Of a DNA stretch of 64,000 bases, positions 10,380-19,492 are shown piece by piece. This DNA is from Candidatus Eiseniibacteriota bacterium. Its GTDB lineage: Bacteria > Eisenbacteria > RBG-16-71-46. How positions within the stretch are numbered: the stretch's first letter is position 1; each line of letters starts with the position of its first letter. The stretch is from the NCBI GenBank assembly GCA_963744995.1, contig CAVUWA010000002.1:32001-96000 (forward strand), in the 5' to 3' direction. Both the position numbers and the translations under genes were made by a program. The notes beneath the pieces were generated by a model that had not been told where the DNA came from, searched no databases, and worked only from the letters and a program-made list of their open reading frames with translations.

Positions 10380-10590
10380 GGCCGCAATCCGCGGCGCGGC
10401 AGCGGGTCGCCGCGTCAGATACGGGTCCGATACAGGTCAGCGCCGGACCATTGAACCGGGGCCCCCGGGAGACGAGATTGCACACGGCAGGCATTCTCGC
10501 ACGGCCGGCCTGAAGGGGTCATCATCCGGCCCGTTGCGCCGCGGGGCGTCTGCGACGCCCCGCGCGCCGGGCCAGCGAAGGAGGTCGCTG

Positions 10591-12168
10591 ATGTCGTCCG
10601 CCGTCATATCGCCCGTCGCCGTCCGCACGGCGGACCCCGCCGCCACGCGTGCGGCGCTGCTGCTCACCGGCGCGTTCGTCGTCGTGAAGCTCGCCCTGCA
10701 CCTGTGGGTCGGCGCCGGCTACGGCTGGTTCCGCGACGAGTTGTACTACGTCGCCTGCAGCGATCACCTCGCGTGGGGCTACGTCGACCAGCCGCCGCTC
10801 TCGATCGCGCTGCTCAAAGCGTGGCGGCTCGCGTTCGGCGACTCGCTGGTCGCGATCCGGCTGCTGCCTGCGCTCGCCGGCGCGGCGACGATCGCCGCGA
10901 CCGGCTGGATGGCACGCGCGCTGGGCGGCGGCCTGTTCGCGATGACGCTGGCGATGACGGCGGCGCTGATCGCGCCCGGGGTGCTCGCCGTGACGTTCTT
11001 CTACTCGATGAACGCCTTCGACGTGCTGCTGTGGGCGCTCGCCGGTGCGGTGCTGGTGAAGATCCTGACGGGCGATGGCGGGAGCGCCGCGGCGGACACC
11101 CGGCGCTGGCTCGCCTTCGGCGTGATCGTCGGGCTCGGCATGCTCAACAAGTGGAGCATGATGTGGTTCGCGGGCGGCGTGGGGCTCGGCCTCGTCGCGA
11201 CCCGCGAGCGTGCGCGTCTCGCCACGCGCGGGCCGTGGCTCGCCGCGCTGGTCGCGGCGCTGCTGTTCCTGCCGCACGCCCTGTGGCAGATCGCGAACGG
11301 CTGGCCGACGCTCGAGTTCATTCACAACGCGACCACCGGCAAGATGCTGCCCGTGACGCCGCTCGAGTTCGTCGCCGGGCAGGTGCGCATGATGCATCCG
11401 CTGACGCTGCCGATCTGGCTCGCGGGCCTCGTCCACGTGCTCAGGCGTCCGCGGCTGCGGCCGCTCGGCATCGCGTTTCTCGCGGTGGCGGCGCTGCTGA
11501 TCGCGAACGGCAGGAGCCGCCCGAACTACCTGACGCCGGCCTACGCGGTGCTGTTCGCCGCCGGCGGCGTGGCGCTCGCGCGCACGCTGCTGCCCGCGCG
11601 CCGGCCGCTCGTGCGCGGCCTGGCGCTCGGCGTGCTGCTCGCGGGCGGCGCGGCGGTCGCGCCGCTGGCGCTGCCGCTGCTGCCGGTGGACGCCTACGTC
11701 GCGTACGCGGCGAAGCTGGGCGTCGCGCCGTCGAGCGGCGAGCATCACCGGCTCGGCCGCCTGCCGCAGTTCTTCGCCGACATGAACGGCTGGGACGACT
11801 TCGTGGCGGACGTCGCGCGCGTCTACGACGCGCTGCCGCCGGAAGACCGCGCGCGCGCGGCGATCTTCACCAACAACTACGGCGAAGCGGGCGCGATCGA
11901 CGTGCTGGGCCGCAGGTACGGCCTGCCGCCCGCCTCGAGCGGCCACAACAACTACTGGCTGTGGGGCCCGCACGGCTCGGGCCAGGTGCTGATCGTGATC
12001 GGCGGCCGGAAGGAGAACCACCTGCGCGTCTATTCGAGCGCGGAGCCGGCCGGCCTCACCGACTGCGGCGACTGCCTGCCCGGCGAGAATCACCAGACGA
12101 TCTGGGTGCTGCGCGGTCCCAGGATGTCCGTCGCCGAAGTGTGGCCGCAGCTCAGGCACTACGAGTGA
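10591..12168 (+). CDS. Glycosyltransferase family 39 / ArnT-like membrane protein
   Basis: AGGAGG RBS; YGWFRDELYY...LAWGYVDQPP; many TM helices; NYGEAGA, SGHNNYWLWG. Confidence 0.85.
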   Translation: MSSAVISPVAVRTADPAATRAALLLTGAFVVVKLALHLWVGAGYGWFRDELYYVACSDHLAWGYVDQPPLSIALLKAWRLAFGDSLVAIRLLPALAGAATIAATGWMARALGGGLFAMTLAMTAALIAPGVLAVTFFYSMNAFDVLLWALAGAVLVKILTGDGGSAAADTRRWLAFGVIVGLGMLNKWSMMWFAGGVGLGLVATRERARLATRGPWLAALVAALLFLPHALWQIANGWPTLEFIHNATTGKMLPVTPLEFVAGQVRMMHPLTLPIWLAGLVHVLRRPRLRPLGIAFLAVAALLIANGRSRPNYLTPAYAVLFAAGGVALARTLLPARRPLVRGLALGVLLAGGAAVAPLALPLLPVDAYVAYAAKLGVAPSSGEHHRLGRLPQFFADMNGWDDFVADVARVYDALPPEDRARAAIFTNNYGEAGAIDVLGRRYGLPPASSGHNNYWLWGPHGSGQVLIVIGGRKENHLRVYSSAEPAGLTDCGDCLPGENHQTIWVLRGPRMSVAEVWPQLRHYE

Positions 12169-12217
12169 GCGCAGGGGCGGGCCGTGGCGCGCCGCCCGGT
12201 GGCCCGGCCGGCGCGTC

Positions 12218-12694
12218 CTAGGGACCGGCGCCGGGCCCCTGCGCCGCGAACGGCGCGGCGGGCGTCAGCGCGAGGTCCACGGTCACCGTGTCCACGGTAT
12301 TGGGCGCGCCGAGCGTCACGAGCGTGATCTGGACGACGCCGGTGACGTAGCCGCTCGCCTCGGCGCTCACGATGTAGTCGCCCGCCGGCACCGGCTCGAA
12401 CATGTAGCCGCCGTTCGCGTCGGTGGTCTCGATCAGGATGTCGTGCTGCGCCGCGGCGGGCGCCGGGCGCCGGGCGCCGGCGGGGGCCGGCACGCCGTGC
12501 GTGTCGCGCAGCGTGACGCTGGCGCCGGCGATCACCGCGCCGTTCGTGTCGGCCACCGTGCCCGTCACCGCCGACTTCGGCACCACCATGGGCGGTGCGC
12601 CGACCGGGCTCGTGGCGCGGCCGCATCCGTACAGCGCCAGAACAAAGATCGGAAGGAGCACCAGGCGTGCGGGGCGAAACGAATCGAAGCGCAT
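12218..12694 (-). CDS. Lipoprotein with carboxypeptidase-regulatory-like (Cna-B-type) domain
   Basis: Lipobox LYGC; VTGTVADTNGAVIAGASVTL...TDANGGYMF...GDYIVSAEASGY; 3' part of ORF 12218..14434. Confidence 0.7.
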   Translation of the reverse strand: MRFDSFRPARLVLLPIFVLALYGCGRATSPVGAPPMVVPKSAVTGTVADTNGAVIAGASVTLRDTHGVPAPAGARRPAPAAAQHDILIETTDANGGYMFEPVPAGDYIVSAEASGYVTGVVQITLVTLGAPNTVDTVTVDLALTPAAPFAAQGPGAGP

Positions 12695-12943
12695 GAGTTG
12701 GACCACTCTAAACGACGGCAGCGGCGCGGCCAACGTCGTGCAGCGGCCTGTGCGTGTCACGTTTCGCACAATTCCGGCCATCCGGGGGCTTCGCGCCCGC
12801 ACAGGCCTTGCGACTGACGGCCCGATCCCGCAGGCTCGCGAGCACACGCGGTGCCGGTCACACCGCACCCCGCAGTCATGTATGTCACTCGATGCGCGTG
12901 GCCGCGATCGTGACATGAGTCCCTGAACCACGGAGGTTCCCCT

Positions 12944-13375
12944 ATGAAGCGGATCACCCTGCTCCTGACGGCTCTGATGCTGGTGGCGTTTTCGATGCAG
13001 GCCGTCGCCGGCGACGCCGACCACGGCAAGATGGAAAAGAAGTCGGACAAGATGGAGATGAAGGCCGACAAGATGTCGAACGTCACCGGCGAGATCGTGG
13101 ACACCGGCTGCTACATGGAGCACGGCGCGAAGGGCGCGGACCATGCGAGCTGCGCCACGAAGTGCATCGCCGGCGGCATGCCGATGGGCCTGCTCACCGA
13201 CAGCGGCACGCTCTACCTGATCACGATGAATCACGACAATCCCGACGCCTACAACAAGCTCAAGGAAATGGCGGCGAAGAAGGTCGTCGTGACCGGCAAG
13301 ACCAGCGAGCGCAGCGGCATGAAGTCGATCGACGCCATGTCGTTCAAGATGGCCGAACCGAAGAAGGACATGTAG
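12944..13375 (+). CDS. Secreted Met-rich protein with conserved Cys/His motif (putative metal-binding)
   Basis: GGAGG RBS, signal peptide, GEIVDTGCY...HASCATKC...GMPMGLL. Confidence 0.7.
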   Translation: MKRITLLLTALMLVAFSMQAVAGDADHGKMEKKSDKMEMKADKMSNVTGEIVDTGCYMEHGAKGADHASCATKCIAGGMPMGLLTDSGTLYLITMNHDNPDAYNKLKEMAAKKVVVTGKTSERSGMKSIDAMSFKMAEPKKDM

Positions 13376-13419
13376 TTCTCCGCCGTGCCCTTGCGGCCGC
13401 CGGCAGGAATGGACACGAT

Positions 13420-13453
13420 GGGAGCGCGCGGATCCGCCGCGCGCTCCCTTCTT
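13420..13453 (+). terminator. Intrinsic terminator
   Basis: GGGAGCGCGCGG-ATCCG-CCGCGCGCTCCC followed by TTCTT. Confidence 0.65.
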
Positions 13454-13486
13454 CATTGAACTTCGCCCTTCGGTACGGATCGGTCC

Positions 13487-14257
13487 ATGAAACGCGCGCT
13501 GTTCGGTTTGCTGCTGGTCATCGCGCCCGCCGCGATCCTGTTCATCCTCATTCATCCGCGCATCCCGGCCGCCGAGCGCGGGCGCCGGCTCGCCGAGGAA
13601 ACCGGCTGCTTCGCCTGCCACGGCGACGGCGGAACCCACGGCACCTCGAACCCGGGCCGCAGCGACGGCAGCGTCCCCAACTGGAAGGGCGACGTCATGA
13701 TGTTCGCGGACGGGCCGGACGAGATCCGCGAGTGGATCCACGACGGCGTCACCGCGAAGCGCGCGCAGAGCGAGACGTTCCGCAGGGAGCGCGAGGCGGG
13801 CGTGCTGAAGATGCCGGCGTTCGGAAAGCGTCTCGGCCGCCGGCAGATCGACGACCTGGTCGCCTACGTGATGGCGGTCTCGGGCACCGACCGGCCCGCA
13901 GACGGCAGCGACGCGGCGCGCGGACTCGAGCGCGTGCGCGCGCTCGGCTGCAACGGCTGCCACGGCGCGGGCGGCCGCCTGGCGCGGCCGAACCCCGGCT
14001 CGCTCAAGGGCTACGTGCCGGCCTGGAGCGGCGGCGACTTCACCGAGCTGGTGCGCGATCGTGACGAGTTCGGCGAATGGGTGAACGACGGCGTCTCGAA
14101 GCGCTTCCAGGGCAACCCGTTCGCACGTTTCTTCCTCGACCGCGCCGTCCTGCACATGCCGGCCTATCGGGAACACCTGGAACCCGGCGATCTCGACGCG
14201 ATGTGGGCGTACGTCGAGTGGCTGCGCGGCGCCTCGGACGAACCGGCGCAGCGCTGA
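13487..14257 (+). CDS. Membrane-anchored dihaem cytochrome c
   Basis: Two CxxCH motifs (CFACH, CNGCH), each followed by NPG...VPxW...MPA(F/Y) with a distal Met; N-terminal TM helix. Confidence 0.85.
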   Translation: MKRALFGLLLVIAPAAILFILIHPRIPAAERGRRLAEETGCFACHGDGGTHGTSNPGRSDGSVPNWKGDVMMFADGPDEIREWIHDGVTAKRAQSETFRREREAGVLKMPAFGKRLGRRQIDDLVAYVMAVSGTDRPADGSDAARGLERVRALGCNGCHGAGGRLARPNPGSLKGYVPAWSGGDFTELVRDRDEFGEWVNDGVSKRFQGNPFARFFLDRAVLHMPAYREHLEPGDLDAMWAYVEWLRGASDEPAQR

Positions 14258-14364
14258 CGCGACGACCGGCGCGCGCGCCCGGCGTGCGCCTGCGCGAATT
14301 GAACGCGCCCCGCCGCGGGCGTACCCTTGCAGGCGTCGATTCCGCCTCCTTCCCGAAGGGGATC

Positions 14365-15078
14365 GTGAGATTCGAACCCGCATCGTGCCCTCCGGGCGCA
14401 TGGATGCTGCTCGCCGTCCTCGCCGCGCCGGCACCCGCCGCGCCGGCCGCGGCGGGGGTCTGTCCCGTCTCGCTGGTGGAACTCGGGTCCTACCTTCCCG
14501 GACCGCTCCCGGTGGACGCCATCAGCTACGACTCGACCTATGTGAATGGCGACGGCTCCAGCACCGCCCGCGTGACGTTCGACCGGAACGAGGCCACGCT
14601 CTCGGTGGATGCGGCGTCGAGCGGAGGTCTGACGGCGCGGGTGCGCGTCATCGAGTACATCGATGTCCTCGGCGCGGCGCCGGGCACGCCGGTGAACGCG
14701 ACGCTCGTGCTGGCGCTCGACGGATGGTCGCAGCAGTCGTGCGGCGGCAGCGGCTGCGGCGTGGAGCTCGAGGCCCGGCTGGTCGCGGGGTCGGATTCCG
14801 TCTCGGCGGACGCGACGCAGTTCGGTCCCGGCGGCACGCGCCGTGACCTCGTGACGACGCTCACGCTGCCCGTGACGATCGTGGCGGGAACGCCGCTCGA
14901 GGCGCAGTTCTTCATGGGGTACGGCACCGGCCCGGGCGGCGATGCCGAGGGCAGCCTCTCCGGTCACTACGGCGTGAGCGGGCTCGGCGGCGGTCTGGAT
15001 GCGGTGACGTGCACGGGCACGACGATCACACCGGTGCGTCGCACGACGTGGGGCGCGCTCAAACGCATCTACCACTGA
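14365..15078 (+). CDS. Secreted hypothetical protein ending in TPVRRTTWGALKRIYH
   Basis: 3' part of ORF 14077..15078; signal-like N-terminus, beta-rich body; start uncertain (GTG 14365 or ATG 14404). Confidence 0.6.
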   Translation: MRFEPASCPPGAWMLLAVLAAPAPAAPAAAGVCPVSLVELGSYLPGPLPVDAISYDSTYVNGDGSSTARVTFDRNEATLSVDAASSGGLTARVRVIEYIDVLGAAPGTPVNATLVLALDGWSQQSCGGSGCGVELEARLVAGSDSVSADATQFGPGGTRRDLVTTLTLPVTIVAGTPLEAQFFMGYGTGPGGDAEGSLSGHYGVSGLGGGLDAVTCTGTTITPVRRTTWGALKRIYH

Positions 15079-15159
15079 GCGCCGCGCGGCCGGCAACCTC
15101 GATGGCGGTGAGGGCGTAGACTGCCGTACGGCCCGGAACCCCATGGAGGATCGCTGAAG

Positions 15160-16617
15160 ATGCGGATGCTGCGTCTCGCCACGTGCCTCGCTCTGTTCGT
15201 CACTTTCGCGACCCGGCCTGCGGCCGCGGCGGCCGGCGACTCGCTGCAGTCGATCGCCTGTCCCGACCTGCCCGTCACGGGCCACGTCACCTGCTGGACG
15301 CTGAGCGTCGCCGAGAATCCCGCAAAGCCCGCCGGGCGCCGCATCCCGATCCGGATCATGGTGCTCCGTGCGGCGAGCCCGACGCCCGACCCCGATCCGC
15401 TGTTCGTGATCCCCGGCGGCCCGGGGCAGTCGATCATCGCCGAAGCCGGACTCACGAAGTTCTTCGCCGAGCTGTTCGCGCAGGTGCGCGAGACCCGCGA
15501 CGTCGTGTTCGTGGATCAGCGCGGCACCGGCGGATCGAATCCGCTCGAGCTGGACCCGCCGCGCGACAAGTGGTTCGTCGAGCCCGGCACGAACATGCCG
15601 CCGGCATGGGGTCGCGCCGCGCTCGCGCGCCTCGAGCGGAAGGCCGATCTGACGCAGTACACCACCGCGCGCGCGGTGGAAGACCTCGACGCGGTGCGGC
15701 GCGCGCTCGGCTACGAGAAGATCAACCTCTACGGCACCTCGTACGGGACACGCGTCGTCGAGTACTACATCAAGCGCCACGGTTCGCACGTGCGCACGGC
15801 GGTGCTCAAGGCGGTGCTCCCGCCCGGCGGCAACATCGGCCTCGGTTACGGTCGCGGCCCGCAGCGCTCGCTCGAGCTGCTGTTCGCACTGTGCGCGCAC
15901 GACTCCGCCTGCGCGGCGGCGTACCCGCACCTGCGCGCGGATCTGGATTCGGTGCTCACGCGGCTCGAAACGCGGCCGGTGACCCTCGACGTTCCGAATC
16001 CGGGCGGCGAGGGCACGATGCCGTACACGATCACCCGCGGCGCGTTCGCGTTCGGCCTGCGCTCGCTGATGATGAGCGCGTCGGTGTTCCCGCAGCTCCC
16101 GGCGCTCATCGCGCACGCGGCGCGCGGCGACTTCTCGGCCTGGGCGCCGTTCCTCGCCAGGGAGCGCGAGCTGTACGCGACGCGCCTGTTCGGCGGCATG
16201 TCGTTCTCGGTGCTCGCGGCCGAAGACGCGCCGCGGCTCACGGAGGACGCCATCCGCGCGGAGACGCACGACACGCTGATCGGCGACACCGTCGCGCGCG
16301 ACATCGCCGAAATCGGGCGCTTCTGGCCGCGCGGCGCGGCGCCGGCGGATCTGTTCACGCCGCTCGAGACGCTGGTGCCGGTGCTGCTGGTGTCGGGCAT
16401 GCTGGATCCGGCCACGCCGCCGGCGGAGGCCGAGGCGATGCTCACCCATCTGCCGAACGGGGGCCACGTCGTCTACCCGGGCGGCTCGCATTCGGGCGCG
16501 AACTACTCGGGCCTCGACGGCATCCTCACGGACTTCATCCGCTCGGGCAGCGTGGAGCGCCTCGACATCGGCGCCGCCGAGGCCAACCGGCTGCCGCCCT
16601 TCGCGACCGGGCCGTAG
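15160..16617 (+). CDS. Secreted alpha/beta hydrolase (S33/TAP-like peptidase)
   Basis: GGPGQS, DQRGTG, nucleophile GTSYG, DPATP, C-terminal His. Confidence 0.85.
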   Translation: MRMLRLATCLALFVTFATRPAAAAAGDSLQSIACPDLPVTGHVTCWTLSVAENPAKPAGRRIPIRIMVLRAASPTPDPDPLFVIPGGPGQSIIAEAGLTKFFAELFAQVRETRDVVFVDQRGTGGSNPLELDPPRDKWFVEPGTNMPPAWGRAALARLERKADLTQYTTARAVEDLDAVRRALGYEKINLYGTSYGTRVVEYYIKRHGSHVRTAVLKAVLPPGGNIGLGYGRGPQRSLELLFALCAHDSACAAAYPHLRADLDSVLTRLETRPVTLDVPNPGGEGTMPYTITRGAFAFGLRSLMMSASVFPQLPALIAHAARGDFSAWAPFLARERELYATRLFGGMSFSVLAAEDAPRLTEDAIRAETHDTLIGDTVARDIAEIGRFWPRGAAPADLFTPLETLVPVLLVSGMLDPATPPAEAEAMLTHLPNGGHVVYPGGSHSGANYSGLDGILTDFIRSGSVERLDIGAAEANRLPPFATGP

Positions 16618-16871
16618 GCGGCGCCGGCGCGACGCCGGCCTGCGCCCGGCCGCGGCATGGCGGCGGGGCAGGGCGGCGTGACCGCCGCCGGGGCGCGCGG
16701 CGCGCGGCGCCGGTTGCCCGCCCCCAACCACCGTGCTAGCTTCGGGCTTCGCGATTTCCGAAGCCTCCTCCGCGTCCTTCCGCGACGCGCACCGGGGCGC
16801 CCACCCCCTTGCCGGGCGCCCGGGAGCTGCGCGGACCCGCGGCCCCAACTCCCACTGCATGAGAGGTTTCC

Positions 16872-17462
16872 ATGTCCGCTGTCCGCGCCCTGACCCTCGC
16901 CGACGTCGCGCTGCCGCGCGCCGGCACGATGGTGAATCTGCTGCTGATCGTCGGCGCGAGCCTCGTCACCGCGCTCGCCGCCCAGATCGCGATTCCGCTT
17001 CCCTGGTCGCCCGTGCCCATCACCGGGCAGACGTGGGCGGTGCTGCTCACCGGTGCGGTCCTCGGCTGGCGGCGCGCGTTCCTCGCGCAGGCGCTCTACC
17101 TGCTCGAGGGCGCGGCGGGCCTGCCGGTGTTCGCGGGTTTCTCGGCCGGCTGGGTCGTGTTTGCCGGGCCGACGGCCGGCTATCTGATCGCGTTCCCGTT
17201 CGCGGCCGCGCTGACCGGCCTGTTCGCCGAGCGCGGCTGGGACCGGCGCTTCGCCACGACGTTCGCGGCGATGCTGCTCGGCAGCGTCGTGATCTTCGGG
17301 CTCGGCCTCGCGAACCTGTCGCGGTTCCTGCCGGGCGATCAGCTGCTGAACGCCGGCCTCATGCCGTTCGTGCCCGGCGACCTCGTCAAGTCGGCGCTCG
17401 CGGCGCTGCTGTTCCCGGGCGCGTGGCGCTGGGTGCGGCACCATCAGGGCTTCACCGAATGA
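16872..17462 (+). CDS. bioY: Biotin transporter BioY
   Basis: PVPITGQT, YLLEGAAGLPVFA, GPTAGYLIAF, PFVPGDLVK. Confidence 0.9.
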   Translation: MSAVRALTLADVALPRAGTMVNLLLIVGASLVTALAAQIAIPLPWSPVPITGQTWAVLLTGAVLGWRRAFLAQALYLLEGAAGLPVFAGFSAGWVVFAGPTAGYLIAFPFAAALTGLFAERGWDRRFATTFAAMLLGSVVIFGLGLANLSRFLPGDQLLNAGLMPFVPGDLVKSALAALLFPGAWRWVRHHQGFTE

Positions 17463-17499
17463 ACGGCGCGGCGCCCCGCGCCGCACGAGCGGAGACGCG

Positions 17500-18387
17500 A
17501 TGACGATCAAGACCATCGGCATCCTCGGCGCCGGCCTCATGGGCCGCGGCATCGCCTACGCGAGCGCGCTTGGCGGTTTCGAGACCGTGCTCCAGGACGT
17601 GAGCGCGGACGCCCTCGACCAGGCGCGGGCGAACATCGAACGGACGCTCGAGAAAGGCGTCGCCGCGGGCAAGGTCACCGCCGAGGCGTCGGCGGCGGCG
17701 AAGCTGCGCCTCAAGACCGCGAGCACGGTGGAAGAAACGGCAGCCGGCGCGCAGATGGTGATCGAAGCGATTCCCGAGAAGATGGACCTCAAGATCGAGG
17801 CGTTCGCGAAGCTGGATCGCGCGGCGCCGAAGGAAGCGATCCTCGCGTCGAACACCTCGTCGCTGTCGATCACCGAGATGGCGGCCGCCACCGAGCGCCC
17901 CGCGCAGGTCGTCGGCATGCACTTCTTCAATCCGGTGCATCGGATGAAGCTGCTCGAAGTGGTGCGCGCGCTGGACACCACCGAGCACACGATCGGCGTC
18001 GCGAGCGCGGTGGGGCAGGCGATGGGCAAGGAATGCGTCGTCGTGCGCGAGTCGCCGGGCTTCGTCACCAGCCGCATCAACGCGATGATCGGCAACGAGG
18101 CGTTCTACATGCTGCAGGAGGGCGTCGCGAGCGCGTCCGACATCGACAAGGCCCTGAAGCTCGGGCTCAACCATCCGATGGGACCGTTCGAGCTGGTGGA
18201 CCTCGTCGGCCTCGACACGCGGCTCTCGATCCTCCGCTTCCTGCACCGGACGCTCGGCGAGAAGTTCCGCCCGTGCCCGCTCATGGAGCAGTACGTCGCA
18301 GCCGGACGGCTCGGCAGGAAGAGCGGCCGCGGGGTCTACGACTACGCCGAGACTTCCGATCCCAGGCCCGCCGGCGCGCGCAGTTGA
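17500..18387 (+). CDS. 3-hydroxyacyl-CoA (3-hydroxybutyryl-CoA) dehydrogenase
   Basis: GAGLMGRG Rossmann motif, ASNTSS, GMHFFNP, HPMGPFEL. Confidence 0.92.
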   Translation: MTIKTIGILGAGLMGRGIAYASALGGFETVLQDVSADALDQARANIERTLEKGVAAGKVTAEASAAAKLRLKTASTVEETAAGAQMVIEAIPEKMDLKIEAFAKLDRAAPKEAILASNTSSLSITEMAAATERPAQVVGMHFFNPVHRMKLLEVVRALDTTEHTIGVASAVGQAMGKECVVVRESPGFVTSRINAMIGNEAFYMLQEGVASASDIDKALKLGLNHPMGPFELVDLVGLDTRLSILRFLHRTLGEKFRPCPLMEQYVAAGRLGRKSGRGVYDYAETSDPRPAGARS

Positions 18388-19445
18388 TGCCCGCACCGGC
18401 GCGAGCGCGCCGCGCCGCGGCGCGCAGAAGAGAGCGGTGAAGCAGGTGGCGAAGAAAACGGCGAAGCCGAAAGCAGCGCGGAAGCGGACGGCGAAGTCCG
18501 CCTCGCGCAGGGCGGCGAAGAAGAAGGCGGCGCCCAGGCGCGCCGCGAAGTCCGCCTCGCGCAGGGCGGCGAAGAAGAAGGCGGCGCCCAGGCGCGCCGC
18601 GAAGTCCGCCTCGCGCAGGGCGGCGAAGAAGAAGGCGGCGCCCAGGCGCGCCGCGAAGTCCGCCTCGCGCAGGGCGGCGAAGAAGAAGGCGGCGCCCAGG
18701 CGCGCCGCGAAGTCCGCCTCGCGCAGGGCGGCGAAGAAGAAGGCGGCGCCCAGGCGCGCCGCGAAGTCCGCCTCGCGCAGGGCGGCGAAGAAGAAGGCGG
18801 CGCCCAGGCGCGCCGCGAAGATCCGCCTCGCGCAGGGCGGCGCGGCCCGCGTCGCACTCGTCCACGTCGCGGCGCCGCGTGCCGAAGCCGGTGCTCTCCG
18901 GGGCCGCGGTGCGGAACCAGTCGCCGGCCGCGCGCCGCAATCCTGCGCCGTCGGTCTCGTTCCCGCAGCGCGAGGGCGCATCGCTCAAACTCGGCCTGCT
19001 GTTCGACATGGCGCGCGCGCGCACCGCGCTGCTCGCGGCGATCCAGGGCCTGCTCCCGGGCTCTGCCGAGCGGCCGCACGCGGACGGCAAGTGGAACACG
19101 CGCCAGTACGTCCTGCACCTTGCCTACTGGGATCAGGTGTTCGCCGCCGACATCGAGCCCGCGCTGCGCGGCGTGGCGCCCGGATGGGCGGCGAACGAGC
19201 CCGCCGCGGACGACCGACTGAACGCCGCGGCGCTCGAGCAGATGGACCACCTGACCTGGGACGAGGCGCTGCGGCTGCTGCACGGCGCGCGCAAGCATCT
19301 GCTGGCGACGATCGAGGGGCTGCCCGAGGCCGCGGCGATCTGGGAAGAGAACCATCCGCTCGGCGGCATCCTGCGCTCGGTGGCACGGCACGACCGGCAT
19401 CACGCCGACGCGATCAAGCGCTGGCGCATCGAACAGAACGCATGA
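18387..19445 (+). CDS. DinB-superfamily protein with N-terminal histone-H1-like Lys/Ala/Arg repeat (two compensating frameshifts in this assembly)
   Basis: ATG 18387 overlaps upstream TGA; K/A/R repeat in frame of ORF 18437; extra A near 18821 shifts into ORF 18879..19445 with WNTRQYVLHLAYWD...HDRHH; total span 1059 nt is a multiple of 3. Confidence 0.7.
18491..18840 (+). repeat. Perfect 54-bp coding tandem repeat, 6 copies plus a partial 7th
   Basis: Unit GCGAAGTCCGCCTCGCGCAGGGCGGCGAAGAAGAAGGCGGCGCCCAGGCGCGCC (AKSASRRAAKKKAAPRRA) at 18491, 18545, 18599, 18653, 18707, 18761; partial copy at 18815. Confidence 0.95.
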
Positions 19446-19492
19446 CCTGCGGCGCGGCGCCCCGGCGCCGTGCCCTTCACGAGGAGAGCGAC

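Noticed and set aside
18491..18840. Possible CRISPR array
   Set aside because: Units are contiguous and identical with no spacers, the length is a multiple of 3 encoding a K/A/R peptide, and no cas genes are present.
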